The notes beneath the pieces were generated by a model that saw nothing but the letters and a program-made list of their open reading frames with translations, did no database searches and had not been told where the DNA came from. This document shows positions 36,825-45,950 of a stretch of 64,000 nucleotides of DNA, in pieces; the first letter of the stretch is position 1, and every line of letters starts with the position of its first letter. The stretch is from IMG/VR virus record IMGVR_UViG_3300042691_030539; one strand, given 5' to 3'. The translations under genes were made by a program, and so were the position numbers. Source of the DNA: an uncultured virus (IMG/VR IMGVR_UViG_3300042691_030539) (lineage: Duplodnaviria > Heunggongvirae > Uroviricota > Caudoviricetes).

Positions 36825-37178
36825 ATGGCTAAGACAATTAAGTCAAAAGTTGAGTATCAGGTAACAGAATTGGTGAACAACCTTAACAACGCAGCAACCA
36901 CTACGAGTGAGCAAAAGCGTGATTTTTTCACCACTAAAGCTCTTTACAACGCAAAGCGTTTGAGCACTATCGTTAACAAAGCTAAAATCGGTGCAATGGC
37001 AATCGCTATTACATTCGGTATGGTAGCTTGTGGCAACCCATCTTCTGGTGAGCAAGTGAAAACCGATTCAGTTGTAGTTAAAGCTGATTCAGTTTCAGTT
37101 GGTGGCGGTAGTATCGCACAGGACACTACGACTACTTCAAAAGACAATGAGTCTTTGAAGGCTGAGCAGTCCCATTAA
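36825..37178 (+). CDS. Putative lipoprotein with long N-terminal extension
   Basis: KAKIGAMAIAITFGMVA-C lipobox near residue 69; low-complexity DS-rich tail. Confidence 0.65.
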   Translation: MAKTIKSKVEYQVTELVNNLNNAATTTSEQKRDFFTTKALYNAKRLSTIVNKAKIGAMAIAITFGMVACGNPSSGEQVKTDSVVVKADSVSVGGGSIAQDTTTTSKDNESLKAEQSH

Positions 37179-37183
37179 TCCAA

Positions 37184-37253
37184 TAACTGGTAACCAATAG
37201 GTGCCGGTTAATCCTATAGCGTAGGGTGGGCTCGATACCCTACCTACGCTCCA
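37184..37253 (+). ncRNA. Pseudoknot plus tRNA-like minihelix ending in CCA
   Basis: TAACTGGTA/TGCCGGTTA; ATAGG/CCTAT; AGCGTAGG...GGG-CTCGATA-CCC...CCTACGCT-CCA. Confidence 0.5.
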
Positions 37254-37325
37254 TGTTGGAATTGCATCTCGACTTACTCAAAGGGTTATTCTCCGATTTA
37301 CTTTACACTAAAGCATCCAACCAAT

Positions 37326-37360
37326 GGACCAGTGCACGAGAGCGCTGGTCCTTTTTATTT
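37326..37360 (+). terminator. Intrinsic terminator
   Basis: GGACCAGTGC...GCGCTGGTCC-TTTTTATTT. Confidence 0.8.
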
Positions 37361-37377
37361 AACGAAATGAGTAGAAA

Positions 37378-37827
37378 ATGATTTATCTAAACACCCCGAT
37401 AGCACATTTGGGACGTGAACCCTCTGTGCGTATCGCTAATATGGCATTGCGCTGGTGTAAGAGAGAGTTTGGTATCAATAACCGAAAGAAGTATCTCGCA
37501 CAATGGTATGTACGCAAAGGACATACGCCGGATATATGCGGTGAGTATGACGATACCGATAATGAAGTCCTAATCTATTGGGACCAATGTGAGGACGTGA
37601 GGGAGTTGATATCCACCTGTATACATGAGTGGACGCATCAACTACAACCGATAACAACCAAATACTACAAATACCCCGGTTCGTATAGTCGTAATCCATA
37701 CGAGCGACAGGCCAGATATAGAGAAAAAAAGTACACCCCGATATTGTGGGATTCAATTAAAAACAAAGTAAATGATAATAAGATTAACAGACGTACAAAA
37801 GCAAACACCTGTTCTAATAGGTACTGA
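37378..37827 (+). CDS. HExxH zinc metallopeptidase-like protein
   Basis: TCIHEWTHQLQ...NPYE. Confidence 0.75.
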   Translation: MIYLNTPIAHLGREPSVRIANMALRWCKREFGINNRKKYLAQWYVRKGHTPDICGEYDDTDNEVLIYWDQCEDVRELISTCIHEWTHQLQPITTKYYKYPGSYSRNPYERQARYREKKYTPILWDSIKNKVNDNKINRRTKANTCSNRY

Positions 37828-37981
37828 AAACGTTATTGACATGAAACGTATGATATTAACAAACTCAAATGCTGCAAGATACGAATGTACACAGATTCAA
37901 AGTAGGGGAGCAATGGTTGCAACTAATTGGGTTGCTGAAACTATTGATGAAATTTGGGAAATGATAAATAAAACAAAGTAA
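37772..37981 (+). CDS. Small FlbD-like protein
   Basis: MIIRLT...VAETIDEIWEMI pattern. Confidence 0.55.
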   Translation: MIIRLTDVQKQTPVLIGTENVIDMKRMILTNSNAARYECTQIQSRGAMVATNWVAETIDEIWEMINKTK

Positions 37982-37982
37982 T

Positions 37983-38213
37983 ATGGAACACGCATTAGAA
38001 ATACTAGGACACGCTGAAGTGGTCCTAATGAAGAAGATTAAAGGGATGAAGGATGGCAAACCCAAATATGCGGCAAGTGAAAAGTTGAATGAGTTACGTC
38101 ACGCTATGGCTATACTCAAAGCACATGATGAAATGGATGAGATGCTTGCAGCAAATGAAGATGAGATACTTGCAGAGCAATTCAGTCGTAATCCCCCGAA
38201 GGCCAAAGCATAA
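37983..38213 (+). CDS. Hypothetical protein
   Basis: ORF. Confidence 0.65.
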   Translation: MEHALEILGHAEVVLMKKIKGMKDGKPKYAASEKLNELRHAMAILKAHDEMDEMLAANEDEILAEQFSRNPPKAKA

Positions 38214-38253
38214 CCCTGCCGGACAAATGAAGTAAAATAAAATCAGCAAAGAG

Positions 38254-38472
38254 ATGGACAACATATCAATAGACAGATTACTCCAGATAGAGAGAGAAAG
38301 AGAAAACACAATGAGTGATAAGAGATTCCAAAAGTGGTGCAAGGAAATGAAGATAGGTATCATGTATACTAATAGAGAAGGAATCAATAGAGCAAATGAT
38401 ATGATGAGTGGCTGGAGTGAACCAACGGAAGAGATGGAATGGATGCCGGAGTTTATCCGGAGAATGTATTAA
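38254..38472 (+). CDS. Hypothetical protein
   Basis: ORF. Confidence 0.65.
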   Translation: MDNISIDRLLQIERERENTMSDKRFQKWCKEMKIGIMYTNREGINRANDMMSGWSEPTEEMEWMPEFIRRMY

Positions 38473-38829
38473 TCGATGGATTGCTACACCGATTGATACC
38501 TAACATATAAAGAGATATAGTATGAAGCCGTACTAATAGTATAACAACAACGCATTGCATGCCGTGCGAGTAGCCCCAACTAATGGGTGAACCCGTTGCC
38601 GCCGTGAGGTGAGCAACGGGATTCGTATGCTCTCCCGTTTCCGCACACACATTACACACTACACTACTGCGCACTGAATTTCGTGTAACTGCAAAAAAGG
38701 GGTTGCGCCATAAGCGGGTCGGATACGTGCGAATACCGGGGCCAAGTTTTTTCCCTATGGAGCGCAATTTTGATATATGAGTTGACACTCACATTTCGGA
38801 ATGAACTGAATATAAATCTCCTAATGAGA

Positions 38830-38837
38830 TATTTATA
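38830..38837 (+). promoter_or_regulatory. Putative late promoter TATTTATA
   Basis: Recurs upstream of genes at 40888, 51871, 61010 and (minus strand) 51755-51762. Confidence 0.6.
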
Positions 38838-38853
38838 CTAAACGATTCGGAAT

Positions 38854-39219
38854 ATGATAAAGTTAAAACATCTATTGGAACAGGAGGTATCAGAAGTACC
38901 AAAGGAAAATAGAAAGGAGTTTCTTGATTTCGCTAAAAAGAGATTAGAAGGAGCAACGAAGATAGCAAACAACGCAAAAGAGAAAGGTGGGGTAGCAATG
39001 TTAACACATTACCACTTTGTAGTTAAACTACCATACTACGATGACGCATCGAAAGGTATGTTTGATCCAAATTTAGCAAAAACCGAATTGAAGAACTATA
39101 CTCAAACCTTTTGTTCATTGGATGAGAAGGTAGAGATAGACCAAATAGAATTTCAGAAGTTAGTTGGAATAATAGAGGTATTGGGAGAATTAATTATTAA
39201 ACATAGAGAAATAAAATGA
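38854..39219 (+). CDS. Hypothetical late protein
   Basis: MIKLKHLLEQE N-terminus; TATTTATA upstream. Confidence 0.75.
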   Translation: MIKLKHLLEQEVSEVPKENRKEFLDFAKKRLEGATKIANNAKEKGGVAMLTHYHFVVKLPYYDDASKGMFDPNLAKTELKNYTQTFCSLDEKVEIDQIEFQKLVGIIEVLGELIIKHREIK

Positions 39220-39537
39220 AAAGCAAATTATTAGAGATATTAGTGCCAGTACTATTATTCGGAACACTATTTATATTCAACCTATATATGTGGGGTAAAC
39301 TTAAATAAAACAAATCAATATGGCAAACGCAGCACCAAAGAAAAAACCAATGAAGAGTAGAAAATCTGGAGTGAAAACTATGAAGAGAATTCAGAAAAAC
39401 ATTGAGATTCTAAAAAAATATCAATAATGATAATAGTAGCAATAACAGCAGGAATAGTATTCGGTTGGTTAATTGGTAATCGTATTTTGGACAAGTGGGT
39501 TAATGAAGGTAACGATGAAGTAAATGATTAATAATAA

Positions 39538-39849
39538 ATGTTAAAGCAGGAAACATACCAATCATATTCAGAATTCTTCGGTTGTTCTATCGGAGTTGCA
39601 ACGGTTATGAAGTACAATGAAACATCAGGATTAGATTCAGCAGCATATAAGAAGTTATCGGCGAACATCCAAACCAATCGTACTATATGTAAGGCGATTG
39701 ATACGGGTCTATACCAAAAGTTACAAAGAGAGATATTTAAATTGGAAGGGAGTGATAAGAGGTTAAAGGAAAACGGAATCGTTAAAAGAGCATGGGATAA
39801 TATAAATGGCAAAAAAAGAATTAATACAAAATCCACAAAGGTACTCTAA
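39538..39849 (+). CDS. Hypothetical protein
   Basis: ORF. Confidence 0.6.
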   Translation: MLKQETYQSYSEFFGCSIGVATVMKYNETSGLDSAAYKKLSANIQTNRTICKAIDTGLYQKLQREIFKLEGSDKRLKENGIVKRAWDNINGKKRINTKSTKVL

Positions 39850-40633
39850 AACCGCAGATAATTGGGTGATATCGGCTTCTCCGAATATCGCACCCCTTCT
39901 CTTACCTATTGGTGTAGAGATAGAGAATCTTAAACCCCTTTTGGTTGCGGATGGAATTATAGTAAGGGTTAAAACAATTGATCCCGTTTCGGACGTGTAC
40001 CTAATCTCTCCCCAAACCCTACAGGATATAAGGGATTCAAATCATCCCCACTATTCATCAGCAGACAACGGTAAGGTTCTGGGTGCTCAAATAGGTAAAA
40101 CGATTCCTATTGTATCTATTGATGTTACTAAATTAGAAGATATAGCAGGGGCACAGGACGAAGGTAATCGTAAAGCAGGGGTAAAGGAAGCACTATACAT
40201 ATTTGAGGGTGATACTATTGAGGGTTTACCTGTAGGGTTAGTAAAACAAATTAACTGGACCTTACTTTCGGATTTTCCAAAGCCATCCGATACATTCCAA
40301 GTATGGGATTTGGACCTGAAGGCAGATTACTCCATCGATGCTCTCATTATCGAAACTTCTCAATTGGGCGGTAAGATAGATACGGAAAAACTACAAAAAT
40401 TAATTGAGGGTGTCAACGAAAGGTTAAAAGGCCTCCGTTCCGATTTCAATATGATTGTAGATGTGTACGAAAACGGAAAGCAACCGGCCGCATTAGGGTA
40501 TTCCGAAATAACAAAGGTAGCACTCCCTCCTACGGAAACGGGCACTACCGAAGATGACGTTAAAACACAAGTCGTTATTAAATACTCCGAGTTAGGAGAG
40601 ATTCTTCCAACACCACTCACTACGGGTGGATAA
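39806..40633 (+). CDS. Hypothetical protein
   Basis: 275-aa ORF. Confidence 0.75.
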   Translation: MAKKELIQNPQRYSKTADNWVISASPNIAPLLLPIGVEIENLKPLLVADGIIVRVKTIDPVSDVYLISPQTLQDIRDSNHPHYSSADNGKVLGAQIGKTIPIVSIDVTKLEDIAGAQDEGNRKAGVKEALYIFEGDTIEGLPVGLVKQINWTLLSDFPKPSDTFQVWDLDLKADYSIDALIIETSQLGGKIDTEKLQKLIEGVNERLKGLRSDFNMIVDVYENGKQPAALGYSEITKVALPPTETGTTEDDVKTQVVIKYSELGEILPTPLTTGG

Positions 40634-40808
40634 ACTGTATGGTATGAGATTGATACATTGGCTATATAACTTTTTTGCTTCTCTACTAATCGTTCCAATT
40701 CTTGCCCTGGTCTCCATTTGTGTCGGTTTGGGAATGGGTGTAGGGTTTTTCATATGGTGGGTAAAAAGATATGGTATACGCAATAAGTGTTGCTGTGGCG
40801 GCAAGTGA
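40626..40808 (+). CDS. Small membrane protein
   Basis: Hydrophobic ORF. Confidence 0.45.
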   Translation: MDKLYGMRLIHWLYNFFASLLIVPILALVSICVGLGMGVGFFIWWVKRYGIRNKCCCGGK

Positions 40809-40955
40809 AAGGATACTATCAAATCCTAATCCAAAAAATTTCTTCTAAAAACGACCCCCTTCCCCCCGCCCCTTCGGATATTTTTTATATTTATATCCGT
40901 AAGTACCCTCCCCTATAATTGGTTATGTAATTCAACACAATAAATAACCAATAAG

Positions 40956-41864
40956 ATGAAAAACTTAATTCTTCCCGTTTTGGGAGTTCTTACTCTATTC
41001 ATTGCTACATGCAAAAGAGAAACCTATCCAGTTAAAACAATTAGACCTGAAGTTTGTGATTTCGGTCCTATAAACTCTAATGAATTTCAAAACCGTGAGG
41101 AATTTGAGATGGCAAGAGTTGGTAGTGGACCTCGTCCAAAAGATTCAGATAGAGATGGTATTTTAGATACACAAGATAATTGTCCTAAAACTAAAAATCC
41201 GGATCAAAAAGATTCAGATGGTGATGGTATAGGTGATGTATGTGACCCATATCCATACGGAAATGAACCAACCGTTTCTTCTGTTATCCTATTGGATTTT
41301 GATGGATACTATGTTAATAGTCCGATGTGGAATAGTGGTGTACCAAAACAGGTATTACCAAGTGGATTATACCCTGCGGATATACAAACTATATTGGATA
41401 GTGTAAGTAAAGATTTTTCCAGATTCAATATTATCGTAACAACTGATGAGAATGTTTACTTAAATTCAAATCGTTTGAAAAGAATGAGAGTGGTAGTAAC
41501 AACATCAAGTGAAATATATCCAGGTGTTGCCGGTATTGCTTATGTAGGTTCTATGTTTTGGGGAGATGATACACCATGTTTTGTTTTCTCAAATACAATG
41601 TCATACAATGCATTGAGAATAAGAGTTGCGACATCACACGAGTCCGGCCATACTGTCGGATTGTATCACCAATCACAATACGATACAAATTGTAATCTTT
41701 TATATACATACAAACCATGTGATTATACAACGAATAGTGGACCTATAATGGGTTCGATTGGTTCTAATTGTAGAGCAATGTGGTGGAACGGACCTACACC
41801 AAATGGATGTACATATATACAAAACGATACATTGGTTCTAAAAACGAATTTAGGTGTTAGGTAA
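40956..41864 (+). CDS. Lipoprotein metzincin metalloprotease with thrombospondin type-3 repeats
   Basis: FIATC lipobox; DSDRDGILDTQDNCP and DSDGDGIGDVCD; HESGHTVGLYH; Met-turn PIMG. Confidence 0.85.
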   Translation: MKNLILPVLGVLTLFIATCKRETYPVKTIRPEVCDFGPINSNEFQNREEFEMARVGSGPRPKDSDRDGILDTQDNCPKTKNPDQKDSDGDGIGDVCDPYPYGNEPTVSSVILLDFDGYYVNSPMWNSGVPKQVLPSGLYPADIQTILDSVSKDFSRFNIIVTTDENVYLNSNRLKRMRVVVTTSSEIYPGVAGIAYVGSMFWGDDTPCFVFSNTMSYNALRIRVATSHESGHTVGLYHQSQYDTNCNLLYTYKPCDYTTNSGPIMGSIGSNCRAMWWNGPTPNGCTYIQNDTLVLKTNLGVR

Positions 41865-41915
41865 ACTTTTTCGTTTAGGAACAAATACTTATAGGAAGTA
41901 AGTAAATTGTACCTA

Positions 41916-42302
41916 ATGAAAAAAGTTTATCTAATACTGTTATGTTTATCATTAACAGGTTTTAATGCATTCTCTCAAGAAAAGTGGAGAGCTCTAACAT
42001 TCAATTCCGTAAGCGGAACGGATTTTAAAGGACAGAAGTTTAATCAGATTACATCCGGTCTACACTATGACTTGAAAAATCGTATGTACATTTCCAATTG
42101 GAATGGTATTCAGTTTAACTATGGAAAACAAAAAAGTAGTTGGTTTAGTTCACAAACAACAATCAATAGTTATATTGGTAAGTGGACATTTGGTGTAGGA
42201 GTTCAATACGGAATGGTATCTATTCCAAATTTTACTCCATACTTTTCGAACAATACTACATGGTTTATATCAACGGCATCGTACAGATTTAAATTGAAAT
42301 AA
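41916..42302 (+). CDS. Secreted beta-strand-rich (outer-membrane-like) protein
   Basis: Signal peptide AFS-Q; C-terminal ASYRF. Confidence 0.6.
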   Translation: MKKVYLILLCLSLTGFNAFSQEKWRALTFNSVSGTDFKGQKFNQITSGLHYDLKNRMYISNWNGIQFNYGKQKSSWFSSQTTINSYIGKWTFGVGVQYGMVSIPNFTPYFSNNTTWFISTASYRFKLK

Positions 42303-42304
42303 GT

Positions 42305-43612
42305 ATGGATGCGTTGTTACAAAACATAACATACCTTGCAGCCGGTATGTATATATTCTATTCTCTTATTATATTAGGTGTATACTTTATCACATCTATT
42401 AGATTGTGGTTTACATATAAAAAATCTGAAATCATAAATGGTTCCGATTATAAACCAATGGTATCTATAATAGTACCAGCATACAATGAAGAAGTATCTG
42501 TTGTGGAATGTATTCGTTCTCTTTGTTTGCAAGATTATCCAAACAGAGAAATAATAATTGTAAATGATGGTTCTACGGATAATACACTACAGGAAATAGT
42601 TGATACATTCAATCTGCGTGAGGTTGGAAATATTCATAGAGGATGGGATATAAAGGTAGTAACTACCGAAAATAGAGGTAAATGGTCAGCTCTAAACACC
42701 GGCCTTAAATTTGCTGAAGGTGAGTGGGTATTAAATGTAGATGCAGATACTATATTAGTTTCTAATGCAATAAGTAGAACTGTCGAATTATTAAGACCCG
42801 ATACCGATGCCATATCATGTTTTATTGGTGTAGTTAATCAAAATAAGATTGAAGATGGGAATATTACAACAAATAGAATTCCAAAAAATTGGTTAGCAAG
42901 AATACAATGGTTAGAATACATACGATGTTTTCTATTATGGAGAACTGCAAACGATAAACACAATGCAACATTGGTTTTGCCCGGCGCGTATTCATTTATG
43001 AAACGTGATTTAGTTTTGGAACTGGGTGGATATAAAGAAGGATTTTTAAGTGAAGATATGGAACTGACAATGAATATAATTAAGAATGGTGGAAAGATAC
43101 AATTCATATCCGAATTTTTAGCATGGACAGAAGTGCCCGAAAACCTTCGTGATTTAACAAAACAAAGATTGAGATGGTACAGAGGAGGTTTACAGAATCT
43201 AATAAAATATTGGAGAATGTTATTTAGTAGAAAACGTAGTAAGTTTGTTGGATTCTATATGTTACCTTTTTTATGGTTTGCTGATGTGTTTGGTATATGG
43301 GTTGAATTATTTGGATTACTACAATTATTTATTTATTACTATATGGGTATTCCGATTGAATGGAATTTAGTATGGTTATCGGTTATGATAATAGTATCCT
43401 TATACTACCTATCAATGCTTTCTTTGGTGTGGTTTGCGAAACGTAAAATATTCAACGGAAAACATATAGGATTAATCAGAATTATACCTGTGATATTATT
43501 AGAACCAATATCATACCATTTTATAAATCTGTATTGGATGTTGCATTCCCATACAAATCAATACTTAAATAGAGCTAAAAATTGGAATAAATTTAAACGT
43601 AAAGGATTTTAA
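42305..43612 (+). CDS. Processive GT2 glycosyltransferase (PgaC/IcaA-like)
   Basis: VPAYNEE, NDGSTD, VDADT, SED, QRLRW; several TM helices. Confidence 0.9.
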   Translation: MDALLQNITYLAAGMYIFYSLIILGVYFITSIRLWFTYKKSEIINGSDYKPMVSIIVPAYNEEVSVVECIRSLCLQDYPNREIIIVNDGSTDNTLQEIVDTFNLREVGNIHRGWDIKVVTTENRGKWSALNTGLKFAEGEWVLNVDADTILVSNAISRTVELLRPDTDAISCFIGVVNQNKIEDGNITTNRIPKNWLARIQWLEYIRCFLLWRTANDKHNATLVLPGAYSFMKRDLVLELGGYKEGFLSEDMELTMNIIKNGGKIQFISEFLAWTEVPENLRDLTKQRLRWYRGGLQNLIKYWRMLFSRKRSKFVGFYMLPFLWFADVFGIWVELFGLLQLFIYYYMGIPIEWNLVWLSVMIIVSLYYLSMLSLVWFAKRKIFNGKHIGLIRIIPVILLEPISYHFINLYWMLHSHTNQYLNRAKNWNKFKRKGF

Positions 43613-43646
43613 AATTTATAATAATTATTTGTATAAGCAATAAGTT

Positions 43647-43946
43647 ATGAATATTAAAGTACTCGATAAAATAGAGAGTGGCTACGTTAAATTAGACTGG
43701 AAGGACCATATACATAAAGTATCTGTTAAAGATTTAGAAAAGATACTAGATACCATCGATAATTTCAAAGGAAACAAATCAGTGAAGGAAATAATTCTAT
43801 TTAGATTCAAAAAAATCAAAGCATATGTTACTATAAAAAGGGATGAATACAAACCCCTAATGAACTATATTTATAGTAAGTTTATAGAATTAGAAATGTA
43901 TGAAAATTGTAAAAAAACTCTACTTATACTAAACAAATTAAAATAA
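43647..43946 (+). CDS. Hypothetical protein
   Basis: C-terminal EMYENC motif similar to 26121-26486. Confidence 0.65.
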   Translation: MNIKVLDKIESGYVKLDWKDHIHKVSVKDLEKILDTIDNFKGNKSVKEIILFRFKKIKAYVTIKRDEYKPLMNYIYSKFIELEMYENCKKTLLILNKLK

Positions 43947-45938
43947 ATGAGAGCAGTAATATTAGGAACGGATTTTGTAAAAGATACCGATGGTTCTTTC
44001 AAAACAATTGAAACAAATACCAACGTAGGACTTCAAGTTGATGCAACAAAATACTTTAATATAAATGAATTTGATACATTTCTAACGGAAAATAATCTAA
44101 ATGAAGTAGTTGTTGTATACAACTTATCAAATATGCAAATAAATAGAGTTACTACAGAATTACAAGAAAATAATCCAACTTATTCCAAATCTGATAAAGT
44201 TTTTTATCAACTATTAAAAGAATATTATAGTGGGAGTTCTGTATCAATTTCCCAACAAGTTGTAAATGATACATCGGTAACTATCCCAAATGTCACAGAC
44301 TCACCAAATAAGTTGATATTAAGAGTTGCATATGATACAACATCTTTAATAGATGATGTATATGCAAGAGATAACTGGGAGTTTTTAAAATTAATGAACG
44401 ATAGTAATCCGAATTCAATTCCTAAAACCTACATCGATGATGTAGAATTGGGGTTTGATAGTATAGGTAATACATTGAGAGATAATGGAAATCATCCAAA
44501 TTACTGTATTAAAAAAAGAATAACACCAACAAACAATAATTTATATCCGAAGTTACTCAAAATAACATCTGTTGAACAATTGCAAACTATAAAACAAAAT
44601 TTAGATGCAGATGAGTATTTACAAGAATACATTTTTAATGGTAATGATTTACTTTATAACAAAACAAAAGTTTATAGAAGCATTGATTTAGTATATGGTG
44701 GTGCACTGGATGTATTGAATTTGTGGGTAATGGAACATACTAATATATTGGATACAATTACAATTCCCGATTATGATGATAATAACTCTGTTCAAATTTG
44801 GGATAGAAATAGATATGTTACAAAATATAATTCCAAAACAAATGATATTGCAGTGAAATTGTCTGCGGATGAAGGTACAAAAATTTTAGATATAAATGGT
44901 AATATTATCCTTGCAGAAAATTTAGCAATAAGTGATTTAGTAAAAACAATTGATTTTCCAAATATACAATACGATATTCCTGAATTTACTGCATTAGAAT
45001 GGACCGGTAGTGTATCTGATATTCTTAATCAATCATACACTACATCATCAACGGTTCAGAGTATTATCCAATCATCGTATTTTGGTGAAATAGTAGAAAT
45101 AGAATTAAATAATGGATCAACGTTTTCCGATGTACCACACGCATTGATATTAATGGAAGTTGATGAATCAGGATCAAACTTTGCACAATTTTGCTCCTAT
45201 GATAGTTTAAAAACTGGATCAAATGTATTTGTTTGGGATACACAAACCAATCAGATGATTACTACATCAATAGTAAATAAATACTATTCATATCAGCAAC
45301 TGAATGCATATACAATAAACTTAAACGATTTTGATTTATTTTTAACATTGGAAGAAAGTAGTACAAATAGATATGGATTAGTTACGCATAATTTTGATTT
45401 TGATTGTATTGCTTATACCTGTCCAGGATATAGTACAGCACAATACCTACCAGCAAATACTTGTTATGATTGTGCTACCGGAACATTTGGTGGAACTCCA
45501 CCAGCAAGTGGATTAAACCGACCTGCTAATAGTTGTTCATCTGTAGGAGAATGTTGTAGAGTGGGTGGTCAATATATTGGACAAAATCCGGGCACATATC
45601 AGTGTCAATATTGGGGAGCATGGGGTTGTGCGGTTGGTAATACGATTGTTGAAACCGGAGGATATTGCAATCAAAGTAAACCATCTGATGTTGGTCTAAA
45701 AACAAATATCAATTATTTGGATGTTACTACAGATGGATTAAAACTATATTCATTCGAATACAAAGATAAAATTAAAACTTTATGGAAAGATGAGACAAAC
45801 GAAAGTTTGGATGGAGTGTGGATTGGAGTTATGGCTCAAGATTTAATTGGCACAAAATATGAATCGGCCCTTTGGAAACATAAAGAAGGATTTTATGTTA
45901 TAGATTATACAAAATTACCAAATATACAAAAAATATAA
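43947..45938 (+). CDS. Multidomain polyprotein: ATP-grasp-like, Hint, Cys-rich peptide, peptidase S74 chaperone
   Basis: GTDF...FKTIETNTN and YCIKK...YLQEYI; SADEGTKIL...LVTHN; 10 Cys; PSDVGLK...IGVMAQDL...IDY. Confidence 0.8.
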   Translation: MRAVILGTDFVKDTDGSFKTIETNTNVGLQVDATKYFNINEFDTFLTENNLNEVVVVYNLSNMQINRVTTELQENNPTYSKSDKVFYQLLKEYYSGSSVSISQQVVNDTSVTIPNVTDSPNKLILRVAYDTTSLIDDVYARDNWEFLKLMNDSNPNSIPKTYIDDVELGFDSIGNTLRDNGNHPNYCIKKRITPTNNNLYPKLLKITSVEQLQTIKQNLDADEYLQEYIFNGNDLLYNKTKVYRSIDLVYGGALDVLNLWVMEHTNILDTITIPDYDDNNSVQIWDRNRYVTKYNSKTNDIAVKLSADEGTKILDINGNIILAENLAISDLVKTIDFPNIQYDIPEFTALEWTGSVSDILNQSYTTSSTVQSIIQSSYFGEIVEIELNNGSTFSDVPHALILMEVDESGSNFAQFCSYDSLKTGSNVFVWDTQTNQMITTSIVNKYYSYQQLNAYTINLNDFDLFLTLEESSTNRYGLVTHNFDFDCIAYTCPGYSTAQYLPANTCYDCATGTFGGTPPASGLNRPANSCSSVGECCRVGGQYIGQNPGTYQCQYWGAWGCAVGNTIVETGGYCNQSKPSDVGLKTNINYLDVTTDGLKLYSFEYKDKIKTLWKDETNESLDGVWIGVMAQDLIGTKYESALWKHKEGFYVIDYTKLPNIQKI

Positions 45939-45950
45939 ATTTATAATAAT

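Noticed and set aside
38589..38624. Group II intron domain V
   Set aside because: No AGC/CGC triad or 2-nt bulge geometry; no intron RT or interrupted gene nearby.
38453..38788. 111-aa minus-strand ORF
   Set aside because: Lies in a GC-rich structured region, has atypical composition and a non-ATG start; probably non-coding.
44862..45392. Canonical splicing intein
   Set aside because: The residue after HN is Phe and there is no homing endonuclease; treated as a cleaving Hint domain.
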